DNA from: Dehalococcoidia bacterium
GTDB taxonomy: Bacteria; Chloroflexota; Dehalococcoidia; SM23-28-2; RBG-16-64-32
DNA length: 64,000 nucleotides
NCBI GenBank assembly: GCA_030649945.1
Contig: JAUSFE010000104.1
Coordinates: 97,383 to 161,382, forward strand
Reading direction: 5' to 3'
Below the pieces are notes generated by a model, which was given only the letters and a program-made list of their open reading frames with translations, had not been told where the DNA came from and ran no database searches. The position numbers and the translations under genes are program-made. Below, piece after piece: positions 38,284 to 46,886 of this stretch; within the stretch, counting starts at the first letter, position 1, and the number at the start of each line of letters is the position of its first letter.

Positions 38284-38424
38284 GATACGAACTCGAGCAC
38301 TTCTGACAGCCCCAAAAGGCGGTCTTCTTCATGGGAGCCAGCTGGCTTGTGGGTCTGGCTTCCCGTATCTGTCACTCCCGACCAATTACACGTTCGTAGA
38401 TACGATTCTTAGGCCATAAGCTAG

Positions 38425-39384
38425 TCAGCTGCCGTCTCCAACCCGGCACTGGATTGAGGACGCGCCTGACCGTGCCATAACGGGCGACTGAGGCCGACCG
38501 GCACGCGTCATGCGGCTCTCGCCCAGCGATGGCCACGAGGGATTGGGGTTGGCGATCAGGAACCTATCATCTGGAGGATTCCACCATGTCCGAGGTGGCG
38601 TGAAGCCGGGGGAGCCGATGCGCTTCCAAACCTCTTGCGTGTTTTTCAACGGAATGTCGTCTCGCTTGATCAACTCCGGTAAGTCGTGACAGCAGAGCCT
38701 CTCCGTCGGCCAGCCCCTAGCTCTCAACCGACGTGCGAAGGAGTCGAGGATACCCACCTTTGCCTCAGGTTCAACCACCAAGATCATCTTGTCGATATTG
38801 TCCTCATAACCGCCCAGGGCGTCCAACAACGGAGCCCATTCATCGAACCGGTATGGGAAAGAGGCCGAGAAGACTAGCAGATCGAAAGTTTCAAGAGTAA
38901 GGCCCCTCAGAGTGCCGTCGCTCACTGAGCCTTCCTCATAGCGGGCGGAAACACGTGCTCGATACCGTGAAGACTCAGCGAAAGCTATCATCTCGCGGCT
39001 GGGTTCGATTCCGAGGAGACTGATGTGACGAGGGGAGTTCAGCAGGTCGAGCGCAAGAGCCGTCGAACCCGTTCCGCTTCCAATGTCTAAGACAGATGCT
39101 GGGTGACGGTCACCGAGAACGAGAAGTAGTGAACCAAGAGTGGAGATGACCCTTCTCGGCATGTACTTGAGGGCGTAGACAAGGGGCAGGCCGGGTTTGT
39201 CATAGTCAGGCTCTCTCTGCAATCTGAGCTCATCCAGCTCATCACTCCACCTGTTCGGATCAATGCGGATGTGGCGGCTTGTGAGCCGCTGAAAGTAGAG
39301 ACGAGCAGCTTCCGCGACCGCTCTGTCGAGCTTCTCGACTAGCCGCCGCCATTCGAAGACCGAAAGCCTATCGGATGGGAGCAT
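38425..39384 (-). CDS. Class I SAM-dependent methyltransferase
   Basis: VLDIGSGTG motif I, GIEPSREM, FDLLV and ILVVEP; overlaps the end of the radical SAM gene. Confidence 0.8.
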   Translation of the reverse strand: MLPSDRLSVFEWRRLVEKLDRAVAEAARLYFQRLTSRHIRIDPNRWSDELDELRLQREPDYDKPGLPLVYALKYMPRRVISTLGSLLLVLGDRHPASVLDIGSGTGSTALALDLLNSPRHISLLGIEPSREMIAFAESSRYRARVSARYEEGSVSDGTLRGLTLETFDLLVFSASFPYRFDEWAPLLDALGGYEDNIDKMILVVEPEAKVGILDSFARRLRARGWPTERLCCHDLPELIKRDDIPLKNTQEVWKRIGSPGFTPPRTWWNPPDDRFLIANPNPSWPSLGESRMTRAGRPQSPVMARSGASSIQCRVGDGS

Positions 39385-40246
39385 ATCCGCTGGCACCTTC
39401 GTATAATTTTCGGCCTTCGCCCAGAACCCTTGCCAGTGATTCCCGCGCTCGGCTGTACTCCCTGATCCCCCAGGCATCCTCTTGCGCCTTCTTGAGCACT
39501 TCGCTGGTGCTCCCTGCCCCAAACGATGACCTTTCTGGCTTCAGGTATTGAGTGGAGTAACCATCGGCATTCAGCCCAGCAAGCCGAATGCCGAATGCTT
39601 CGATGTCCCTGATGGGGAGCATGGGAGTGATCGAGATGCCGATCCGTACGCCCGCGTCGGCGACCTTGGCCGCTGCCTTGAGGCGCACGGCTATGGACGG
39701 AGCATGCGGCTCGTAGCGCAGCCGGACGTCTTCAGAGTCTGTGGGAATGGAGAAGTTCACGCGAACCTTGTCGAATCGGCGGAGCAGATCTATGTCGCGT
39801 GTAACTATGGGGCTTCGCGTTTGAATGGTCAGACGCGGTTGGACACCGCATTCGAGCATCGCCTCGAGGATGGCCCTCGTCAGCCCAAGGCGCTGCTCAA
39901 CTGGTTGATATGGGTCGGTGACGCTGGACATGTAAATTGCGTCGCCCGTCTTCAATGCCCCAGAACGGCAAGCTTTGGCCATCAGTTCCCGCGCATTCCT
40001 CTTCGCCGAGACCCACTGCCCCCATGATTCCCGCTGCTTAGCAGAGGGAGCGAAGAACCTCGCGTAGCAGTATTCGCAGCCGAACCCGCATCCCGAATAG
40101 GGGTTCAGGGTGAAATCGTACCGGCTCAGAAAGCCAGAAGCGCGGGTCAGAATCGACTTTGAATCAATGTACTGAACCGACGTTCGGCTGAACACTGACC
40201 GCCCGATCGACTGTCGGATCTCCCTGATCGCCACATCGGGGCTCAT
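39368..40246 (-). CDS. Radical SAM protein, spore-photoproduct-lyase-like (Rv2578c-type)
   Basis: LNPYSGCGFGCEYCYA (CxxxCxxC), SSVTDPYQPVE, QTRS and YEP. Confidence 0.9.
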   Translation of the reverse strand: MSPDVAIREIRQSIGRSVFSRTSVQYIDSKSILTRASGFLSRYDFTLNPYSGCGFGCEYCYARFFAPSAKQRESWGQWVSAKRNARELMAKACRSGALKTGDAIYMSSVTDPYQPVEQRLGLTRAILEAMLECGVQPRLTIQTRSPIVTRDIDLLRRFDKVRVNFSIPTDSEDVRLRYEPHAPSIAVRLKAAAKVADAGVRIGISITPMLPIRDIEAFGIRLAGLNADGYSTQYLKPERSSFGAGSTSEVLKKAQEDAWGIREYSRARESLARVLGEGRKLYEGASGYAPIR

Positions 40247-40527
40247 GGTCGGAAGGTATCGCTTGAGCGGAACAGCGGTAAGAGGCTAATGGCACACTTC
40301 GATTGTTGGACCTACGCAGAGGGTCGTGGGTTCGATCCCCATCGCCCGCTCCAGATACGATTTCGAACGCCGTTGACCGCCGGGAGGCGGTCTTCCCTTC
40401 TGGAAGCTGAGGGCTCGCGTTGGTTCCGGCTGCTCGGAGTCTGCGGACGAGTCGAGCCCCCGTGTCGGGAAAAACCGGATTGACAGTGGGAAGTCAGCCG
40501 CGATAAGAAGGTTCTGTCACTCAGTTC

Positions 40528-40767
40528 ATGACAGAATCTATGGGCAAGCACGTTTCGCCAAGAACGCAGCGCGAGGAGATTCTGGACGCAGCCATGGCCT
40601 GCTTCACGGAGCTTGGCTACGAGGGAACCTCTATCGACGCCATCGCCGCCAGATCCGGCCTGCCCAAGAGTGCTATCTCCCAGCACTTCGCTGGTAAAGC
40701 CGAGATTCGAAATGCGCTTCTTACCATGTGGTCAGAGCGCCTTTCGGGATGGATGCTATCGGCTTGA
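40528..40767 (+). CDS. Short TetR-type HTH protein (HTH domain only)
   Basis: ILDAAMACFTELGYEGTSIDAIAARSGL..HFAGKAE; 79 aa. Confidence 0.75.
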   Translation: MTESMGKHVSPRTQREEILDAAMACFTELGYEGTSIDAIAARSGLPKSAISQHFAGKAEIRNALLTMWSERLSGWMLSA

Positions 40768-41078
40768 GGCCGCGTTGCGCGCTGGTGAGGTTCGTTCATG
40801 AACCAGCGGCGGCCGGCGAACCACCCGCACCCCGATCTGGCAACCTGGCACGGCGCTGGCTCTTCGTGGCGACGGCAAGGACGCGACGGCGGTATATCTC
40901 CCTCTGAAGCGTCACCGTTAGCCCGGTGAAGAAAGCTGTCGCGGCGACAAGTACGGCGGGGCTAGGTCGACGAGCCGCCCACCGCGTCCAGGTTCAGTAA
41001 ACCTTGGATTCCGATGTCCATCTCTCCCTTAGGTCATGGGACCTCAGCCACACAGCGGCTCACGGAGACGGCGCGCTC

Positions 41079-41636
41079 CTAGCCGCCGGTTGCGGCCGGA
41101 CGCCCGCCGGCGGCGCCTTCGCTCAGCGCGCGCCACATCTCGCGGTCCGACTGGAGGAAGCGCAGCACCTGACTGGTGGTGAGGCCGAGAGCGCGGGCGG
41201 CCCCGGCGTAGCTGCCGGCCGCCGACGCCAGGGCATCCAGCACGGTGGCCACCACAAGCGGGTAGTCCGGGTTGCGCGGGTTCACGGCCAGGGCGCCGCG
41301 GGGACCGCGGTGGGCCAGGAACTCCGGCGCCAGGGCCGGCGCGGATGGGTCGAAGGGCTCGCGGACGGCGAGCGCGATGCGCGCCCGTAGGCGGCGCAGG
41401 GCGCGGCGGCGGTTCTCCTCCGGCGAGCGGGACTCCTCGGCCGCGGCCGAGAGACCGCTGGGCCCGTGGTGCAGGCGGACGGCCGTCTCCACCTTGTTGC
41501 GCCGCTGGCCACCGGGGCCACCGGCCCGGTAGCGCTCCTGCCGGCACTGGCCAAGGAGGGCGGCATCGTCCAGCCGGAGCCAGGCATCGCGCCGGCCGAC
41601 GGGAACCTGGCCGGGGCCTCTCGCAGATGACCGCAC
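41079..41636 (-). CDS. Peptide chain release factor-like protein (RF-1 domain); start uncertain
   Basis: GGPGGQRRNKVETAVRL and EESRS.EENRRRAL. Confidence 0.85.
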   Translation of the reverse strand: MRSSARGPGQVPVGRRDAWLRLDDAALLGQCRQERYRAGGPGGQRRNKVETAVRLHHGPSGLSAAAEESRSPEENRRRALRRLRARIALAVREPFDPSAPALAPEFLAHRGPRGALAVNPRNPDYPLVVATVLDALASAAGSYAGAARALGLTTSQVLRFLQSDREMWRALSEGAAGGRPAATGG

Positions 41637-41739
41637 GTCCGCATCATACCCCCGGCTCGCAGCCCGGCGCGAAGGTGTCGGGATGTATGATGGCTGCGGG
41701 CGTGCCCCCGAGGCGCCCGGCGGAGAGAGGCGCAGACTT

Positions 41740-42648
41740 TTGATTCTCGTAGCAGGCGGTACCGGCTTCGTGGGCGCCGGCATCGTGCGCGAGCTGGCGC
41801 GGCGCGGCAAGCGTGTCGCCGTGCTCACGCGCGACGCCGTGCGGGCGCTGGACCGCTTCCCCGGCATCGAGGTGGAGTACCGGCAGGGCGACGTGCGGGA
41901 CGAGGCGTCGCTGGCGGCGGCGGTGCAGGGGGCGGAGACGGTGATCGGGAGCCAGCAGTTCCCGCAGTCGCCGGTGGAGGACCGGAAGCGCGGCCACACG
42001 TTCGAGGAGGTGGACGCACGCGGGACGGAAAAGCTGGTGCGCGCGGCGCAGGCGGCGGGGGTCAGGCGCTACGTCTACCTGAGCGGGGCGGGCGCTGCGC
42101 CGGACGCCGCGTACCACTGGTTCCGCGCTAAGTGGCGGGCGGAAGCGGCCGTGCGCGAGAGCGGCATGACTTATGTCATCTTCCGCCCTTCCTGGGTCTA
42201 CGGCCCGGAGGACAACGCCCTCAACCGCTTCATCGCCATGTCCCGCTTCCTGCCGTTCGTGCCGCTGATCGGCAACGCGGCCGGGCAGCGCCTGCAGCCG
42301 GTGTTCATCGACGACCTGGCGCGGGCGGTGGCGGAGGCGGTGGACAACCCGGCGGCGGACAACCAGACGCTGGAGATCGGCGGGCCGGATGTGCTGACGA
42401 TGAAGGAGGTGGTACGCGCGGCGCTGCAAGCGGCCGGGCGCCGACGCCTCCTGCTGCCGGTGCCGAAAAGCGTGATGAAAGCGGCCGCTTCCCTCCTGCA
42501 GTTCATGCCCGGGCGGCCGCTGACGCCGGACGCGGTGGAGTTCGTAACGATGGACGCGCTGGCGGACCCATCGGAGGTACGCCGGAAGCTGGGCGTGAGG
42601 CTGACGGCGCTGCGAGACGGGCTGGGGACGTATGTGGGAAGAGGGTAG
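41740..42648 (+). CDS. NAD(P)H-binding atypical SDR (NDUFA9-like)
   Basis: ILVAGGTGFVG, FRPSWVYG and QPVFIDDLA. Confidence 0.9.
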   Translation: MILVAGGTGFVGAGIVRELARRGKRVAVLTRDAVRALDRFPGIEVEYRQGDVRDEASLAAAVQGAETVIGSQQFPQSPVEDRKRGHTFEEVDARGTEKLVRAAQAAGVRRYVYLSGAGAAPDAAYHWFRAKWRAEAAVRESGMTYVIFRPSWVYGPEDNALNRFIAMSRFLPFVPLIGNAAGQRLQPVFIDDLARAVAEAVDNPAADNQTLEIGGPDVLTMKEVVRAALQAAGRRRLLLPVPKSVMKAAASLLQFMPGRPLTPDAVEFVTMDALADPSEVRRKLGVRLTALRDGLGTYVGRG

Positions 42649-42763
42649 GAGTTGGAGGTTGGAGCTTGGAGGACCCTTTGGCACATGCCGGCGAGCGTGC
42701 ACCGGCGGCAGCCGTTCGGTATTCTAGGGGCGATTCAGCGTGAATCGCGCGGAGGACCCCCCG

Positions 42764-44488
42764 ATGACCACTGAGAAGACCGAAAGCGAAGCCCTGGCCG
42801 GCGCGCGCCGGCTGAGCGCCGTGGCGGCAGAGACCGCGGAGAGCGCGGTGGCGGCCGCGGCGCGCCTGACCGAGGGCGGCAAGCTGATTGACCAGCACCA
42901 GGTTCACGCCGAGCGCATCGCGCAGCTGGCGACGCAGGCGCGGGCGGCGGCGGAGCTGCTGGCTTACGCCGAAGGCCAGGCCAACGCCGGCCGGCGGGAC
43001 GAACTGGCGGAGGAGGAGGCATTCGCCTTCGCGGCAGAGGTGGTGCACAACGCCCGTTCCGCGGCGGAGGCCGACCCGGACGCCTTCGGGCTGCCCGCCG
43101 GCCTGCGCCAGCGACTGGAAGGGGCCGACCTCAGGGCGCTGGTGCGGGCGGGACTGGCCGAATCGCGCTGGCGGCGGATCGGCGCGAAGGTGCTCGAGGC
43201 GCGCGGGGCGTTCACGGCGGCGCTGGACGACGACATCGCGAACATGACGCGGGACCACGCGCGCTCTTTCGCCCGCACGGAGGTCGCGCCCATCGCGCAG
43301 GAGCTGCACCGCCAGGACCTGCTGGTGCCGGAGGAGCTGATCCGGAAGATGGCGGCGATGGGGCTGTTCGGCTCCTCGATCCCGGAGTCCTACGGCGGCA
43401 CCGGGATGGGGTACCTGACGATGGTGGTGCTGACGGAGGAGCTATCGGCCGTTTCGCTGGTGGCGGGCAGCCTGATCACGCGCTCTGAGATCCTGACGCG
43501 CGCGCTGGTGCAGGGCGGGACGGAGGAACAGCGCCGCCAGTGGCTGCCGCGAATGGCCTCCGGCGAGCTGATGGTGGGTATCGCCGTGACGGAGCCGGAC
43601 ATCGGGTCGGACGTGGCGTCGGTCACGTGCCGGGCGGCGCCGGGGGAGCACAGCGGCAAGCGGGGGTGGTTCATCGAAGGGCCAAAGGCCTGGGCCACGT
43701 TCGCGGGGCGCGCCAACATCCTGGCGCTGCTGGCCCGCACGAACCCCGATGCGTCGCTGGGCGCGCGCGGGCTATCGCTGTTCATCGTGCCGAAAGAGCC
43801 GTACGAGGGGCACCACTTCGCGCACGCACAGCCGGAAGGCGGGACGATCACGGGCACGGCAAACCCGACGCCCGGGTACCGGGGCATGCACTCGTTCACG
43901 CTGGCCATCGACCGCTACTTTGTGCCGGAGGAGAACCTGGTGGGCGGCGAGGCCGGGCTGGGCAAGGGGTTCTACCTGCAAATGGGCGGGTTCGCCGCCG
44001 GGCGGCTGCAGACGGGCGGCCGGGCCACGGGCGTGGGACAGGCAGCGCTGGAGAAGGCCTGCAACTACGCCAGCGACCGACGTCAGTTCGGCCGGCCGAT
44101 AGCGGACTACCAGCTGACGCAGCACAAGATCGGGAGAATGGCCACGCACGTGGCGGCCGGCCGGCACCTGACGTACGCAGCGGCGCGGGCGATGGAGGCG
44201 GACCCTTCGGCTCCGGCTAGCGCCGGGCTCAGGGCAGGCTCTTCGACTCCGGCTAACGCCGGGCTCAGGATGAGCGGAGGGCTTGAAGCGGCGATGTGCA
44301 AGCTGTTCGCATCCGACGTCGCGGTGTGGGTGAGCCAGGAGGCGCAGCTGATCCACGGCGGCTGGGGCTATTCGGAAGAGGACCCGGTCGCGCGTTATGT
44401 CGCGGACGCGCTGGTGCTGCCGATCTTCGAGGGCGTGAAGCCAATCCTCGAGCTGAAGGTCATCGCGCGGCAGTTGCTGGCGGGATAG
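42764..44488 (+). CDS. Acyl-CoA dehydrogenase (with in-frame repeat insert)
   Basis: PESYGGTG, AVTEPDIGSD, RRQFGRPI, QLIHGGWGY and IFEG. Confidence 0.93.
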   Translation: MTTEKTESEALAGARRLSAVAAETAESAVAAAARLTEGGKLIDQHQVHAERIAQLATQARAAAELLAYAEGQANAGRRDELAEEEAFAFAAEVVHNARSAAEADPDAFGLPAGLRQRLEGADLRALVRAGLAESRWRRIGAKVLEARGAFTAALDDDIANMTRDHARSFARTEVAPIAQELHRQDLLVPEELIRKMAAMGLFGSSIPESYGGTGMGYLTMVVLTEELSAVSLVAGSLITRSEILTRALVQGGTEEQRRQWLPRMASGELMVGIAVTEPDIGSDVASVTCRAAPGEHSGKRGWFIEGPKAWATFAGRANILALLARTNPDASLGARGLSLFIVPKEPYEGHHFAHAQPEGGTITGTANPTPGYRGMHSFTLAIDRYFVPEENLVGGEAGLGKGFYLQMGGFAAGRLQTGGRATGVGQAALEKACNYASDRRQFGRPIADYQLTQHKIGRMATHVAAGRHLTYAAARAMEADPSAPASAGLRAGSSTPANAGLRMSGGLEAAMCKLFASDVAVWVSQEAQLIHGGWGYSEEDPVARYVADALVLPIFEGVKPILELKVIARQLLAG

Positions 44489-44490
44489 CG

Positions 44491-44922
44491 GTGCCTCAGA
44501 AAAGGGCCCTGGCTCTGGCGCTCGGCGACGTCGCGTCTCTCGTCGCGTTCGGCGTGCTGGGGCTGGCGAGCCACGAACGGGAGTTCACTGCCGCCGCCTT
44601 CGCGCGGGCGGTGCTGCCGTTCGCGGCCGCGTGGCTGGCGCTCGGCTGGCCGCTCGGCGCTTTCGGGCTGCACGACGGGCGGCCGGCGCTCACCGGCTGG
44701 CGCTTCGCCGCGGCCTGGCTGGTCTGCGGGACGGCTGCTCTAGGCGCGCGGGCGCTCGTCTTCGACCGCCACCTCCTGAACGCGTTCTTCGTGATCGCGC
44801 TCGCCGGCAACGGCCTCAGTCTGGCGGCGTGGCGGCTGGCGTTCGACCGTCTCTGGAGCCGGCGGACCGCATCGCGCGGCGGCGCGGGCGCGGCAACTGC
44901 CGAGGGAGTGAAATCATGGTGA
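44491..44922 (+). CDS. DUF3054-like membrane protein
   Basis: GD....F...G..SH, PF and W motifs; 4 TM segments. Confidence 0.75.
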   Translation: MPQKRALALALGDVASLVAFGVLGLASHEREFTAAAFARAVLPFAAAWLALGWPLGAFGLHDGRPALTGWRFAAAWLVCGTAALGARALVFDRHLLNAFFVIALAGNGLSLAAWRLAFDRLWSRRTASRGGAGAATAEGVKSW

Positions 44923-45041
44923 AAGACCGGGACGGCGCGGGCGACACGATCGTCCGGCTGCTGATCAACCTGGCCGGACTGGGCCTGACCGCTGGCGTGG
45001 TGGCTCTCGTCGTCGCCACCATCGTCCACGAAGCCGGCTAG
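44916..45041 (+). CDS. Small single-TM protein (41 aa)
   Basis: GAGGGAG RBS; MVKDRDGAGDTIVRLLINLAGLGLTAGVVALVVATIVHEAG; overlaps the upstream gene. Confidence 0.55.
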   Translation: MVKDRDGAGDTIVRLLINLAGLGLTAGVVALVVATIVHEAG

Positions 45042-46333
45042 GCGTAGAACGCCGGCAGGTACGGCCGGTGGACGGCGAGGACTTCGTCCAGGAAGGCCTC
45101 TGCCGCGCGGGCGCTGTGGACTACCGGGTCGATGAGGAGCGCCTGGAGGGCCAGCGCGCGGGAGCCTTCGACGGCGGCGCGCACGGCCAGCTCCTGGACC
45201 TCGATCTCGTGCTGGACCAGGGCGGCGACGGGACCGGGCAGCGGGCCGACCGGGACGCCGCGCCACCGCCCCTCCGCGATGAGACCCGGCACCTCGACAA
45301 CGGCGTCCTCGGGCAGGTTCGCCACGCACCCCTGGTTCGGGATGATGAACGACGGCCTGGGCAGCGTGGCGCCGGCGAGCAGCCCGGCCATGATCTGCGT
45401 CACGCCGTGGCCGAGCCGCGATTCCCGCGAGGGCTTCGCTAGGAGCGAGGCGACAGGTTTCGCGCCGGCGCCCCAGGCCTCGATGTTCGCCCGGCTGAGC
45501 CCCCGCAGTTGGCCGAAGCGCTCGAAGTCGTAGCCACGGGTGCCGACGATCTCCGCCGCCCAGGGGATGTACTCGCCGACGTGATTATCGCCGGTCGTGG
45601 GGAAGACGCCCAGCCTCTCGAAGAGCAGGCGGCAGAGGGGCCAGACGTCCGGTGGGAGGGTCGCCAGGCGCCGCTGCAACTCCGGGAGCAGGTCGCCGCC
45701 GTCCGGACGGGAGCGCAGAGCGGTGATCCAGGTGAAGTGGTTGACGCCGGCCGCGTGGAGGTCGATGTCCGGCGGATCGCAGCCGAGGACGCCCGCCGCG
45801 AAGTGCACCGTCTCCGCAACGCCGTGGCAGAGGCCGATGGCACGGACGCCGGTGTAGCGGTGGACGGCCAGGCAGACGCGATTCTCCGGATTCGTGTAGT
45901 TCAGCAGCAGGGCGTCCGGCGCGAGCCGCTCGATGTCGCGGGCGATGGCGACCATAGGCGGCACGGAGCGCAGCGTGTGGGAGAGCCCGCCGGGGCCGCC
46001 GTTCTCGCTGAGCACGCTGGGGAAGCCGTGCTTGACGGCGAGTTCGTGGTCCAGCCGCCAGGTGCGGTCGCGGTCTAGCTCGATGGACGTCACCACGAAG
46101 CGGGCACCGGGCAGGGCTTCAAGACGTTCCGTCGTCGCGCACACGCTTGCGTCCCACCCGGACGCCTCGTTCAGCCGGCGGGCGAGCGCTGCCATGCGCG
46201 CGAGCGCGGCTGCGTCCGTATCGACGAGCCAGAGCTCGGCGCCGCGCAGCTCGGGCGTTTGGAAAACGTCGCGCAGCAGCTCCACGCCGAAGACGGTGCT
46301 ACCGATGCCGATGGCGACGATCCTGGGGGCCAT
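45038..46333 (-). CDS. melA: Glycoside hydrolase family 4 (alpha-galactosidase/glucosidase)
   Basis: IGIGSTVF, ENGGPGG, LNYTNP, GLCH, GVNHFTW and ALLIDP. Confidence 0.88.
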   Translation of the reverse strand: MAPRIVAIGIGSTVFGVELLRDVFQTPELRGAELWLVDTDAAALARMAALARRLNEASGWDASVCATTERLEALPGARFVVTSIELDRDRTWRLDHELAVKHGFPSVLSENGGPGGLSHTLRSVPPMVAIARDIERLAPDALLLNYTNPENRVCLAVHRYTGVRAIGLCHGVAETVHFAAGVLGCDPPDIDLHAAGVNHFTWITALRSRPDGGDLLPELQRRLATLPPDVWPLCRLLFERLGVFPTTGDNHVGEYIPWAAEIVGTRGYDFERFGQLRGLSRANIEAWGAGAKPVASLLAKPSRESRLGHGVTQIMAGLLAGATLPRPSFIIPNQGCVANLPEDAVVEVPGLIAEGRWRGVPVGPLPGPVAALVQHEIEVQELAVRAAVEGSRALALQALLIDPVVHSARAAEAFLDEVLAVHRPYLPAFYA

Positions 46334-46405
46334 GCTGGGAATGTAGCAGGCGGGGTGGGTAGTGGATAGTGGATAGTGGATAGTGGATTGCGAGGAGTCG
46401 CTTGG

Positions 46406-46843
46406 TCAGCGCACGGTGCGGCCGGCGCGGCCGCTGTATTCGATGAGCTTGCGGGGGCGCAGGCGGATGGTGACGGCGTCTTCGCCGGAGGTGCGCTCCA
46501 CGTAGCGGCGGCCCAGGTCCTCTCCCAGGTAGCGGACGGCCATCCGCAACCGGTCCTCCGCCGACAGCGGCGGGCCGACGACGGCGCGGCCGCGGGCCAT
46601 GACGGCGTAGTAGGGAACGGTGCGGCTGTCGATCACCAGGGTCACTTCCGGGTTGACCTCGACGTTGCGGTGCTTCTGGGAGCCGTTGCCGGTGCTGATG
46701 GTGAACTCGCCGCCGTCGTAGAGGTACCAGACGGGAGCGGCGTGGGCGCGGCCGCGGCGGTCCACGCTGGCCAGCACGGCCACGTTGGCCCCGCCCAGGA
46801 AGCCTGTCCTGAGCTCGGTCGAAGGGTCGTCTCGCTCGCTCAT
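46406..46843 (-). CDS. PPOX-class (F420/FMN-binding split barrel) protein
   Basis: LASV..G..HAAPVWY, SQKHRNVEVNPEVTL and RY. Confidence 0.85.
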   Translation of the reverse strand: MSERDDPSTELRTGFLGGANVAVLASVDRRGRAHAAPVWYLYDGGEFTISTGNGSQKHRNVEVNPEVTLVIDSRTVPYYAVMARGRAVVGPPLSAEDRLRMAVRYLGEDLGRRYVERTSGEDAVTIRLRPRKLIEYSGRAGRTVR

Positions 46844-46886
46844 GGCGCCCATTCTACAGCATGCGCAGTGATATAATCCCTCCGCT

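Larger units (their letters stand above)
38246..40360. mobile_element. Integrase-free mini-island at tRNA-Gly(TCC), bounded by 45-bp direct repeats
   Basis: 38246-38290 identical to 40316-40360 (tRNA 3' half + GATACGA); interior visibly more AT-rich than flanks. Confidence 0.85.

Noticed and set aside
40316-40353. Additional tRNA genes at 40316 and 52448
   Set aside because: Only the 3' half is present (no D-arm or anticodon); treated as att-like duplicates.
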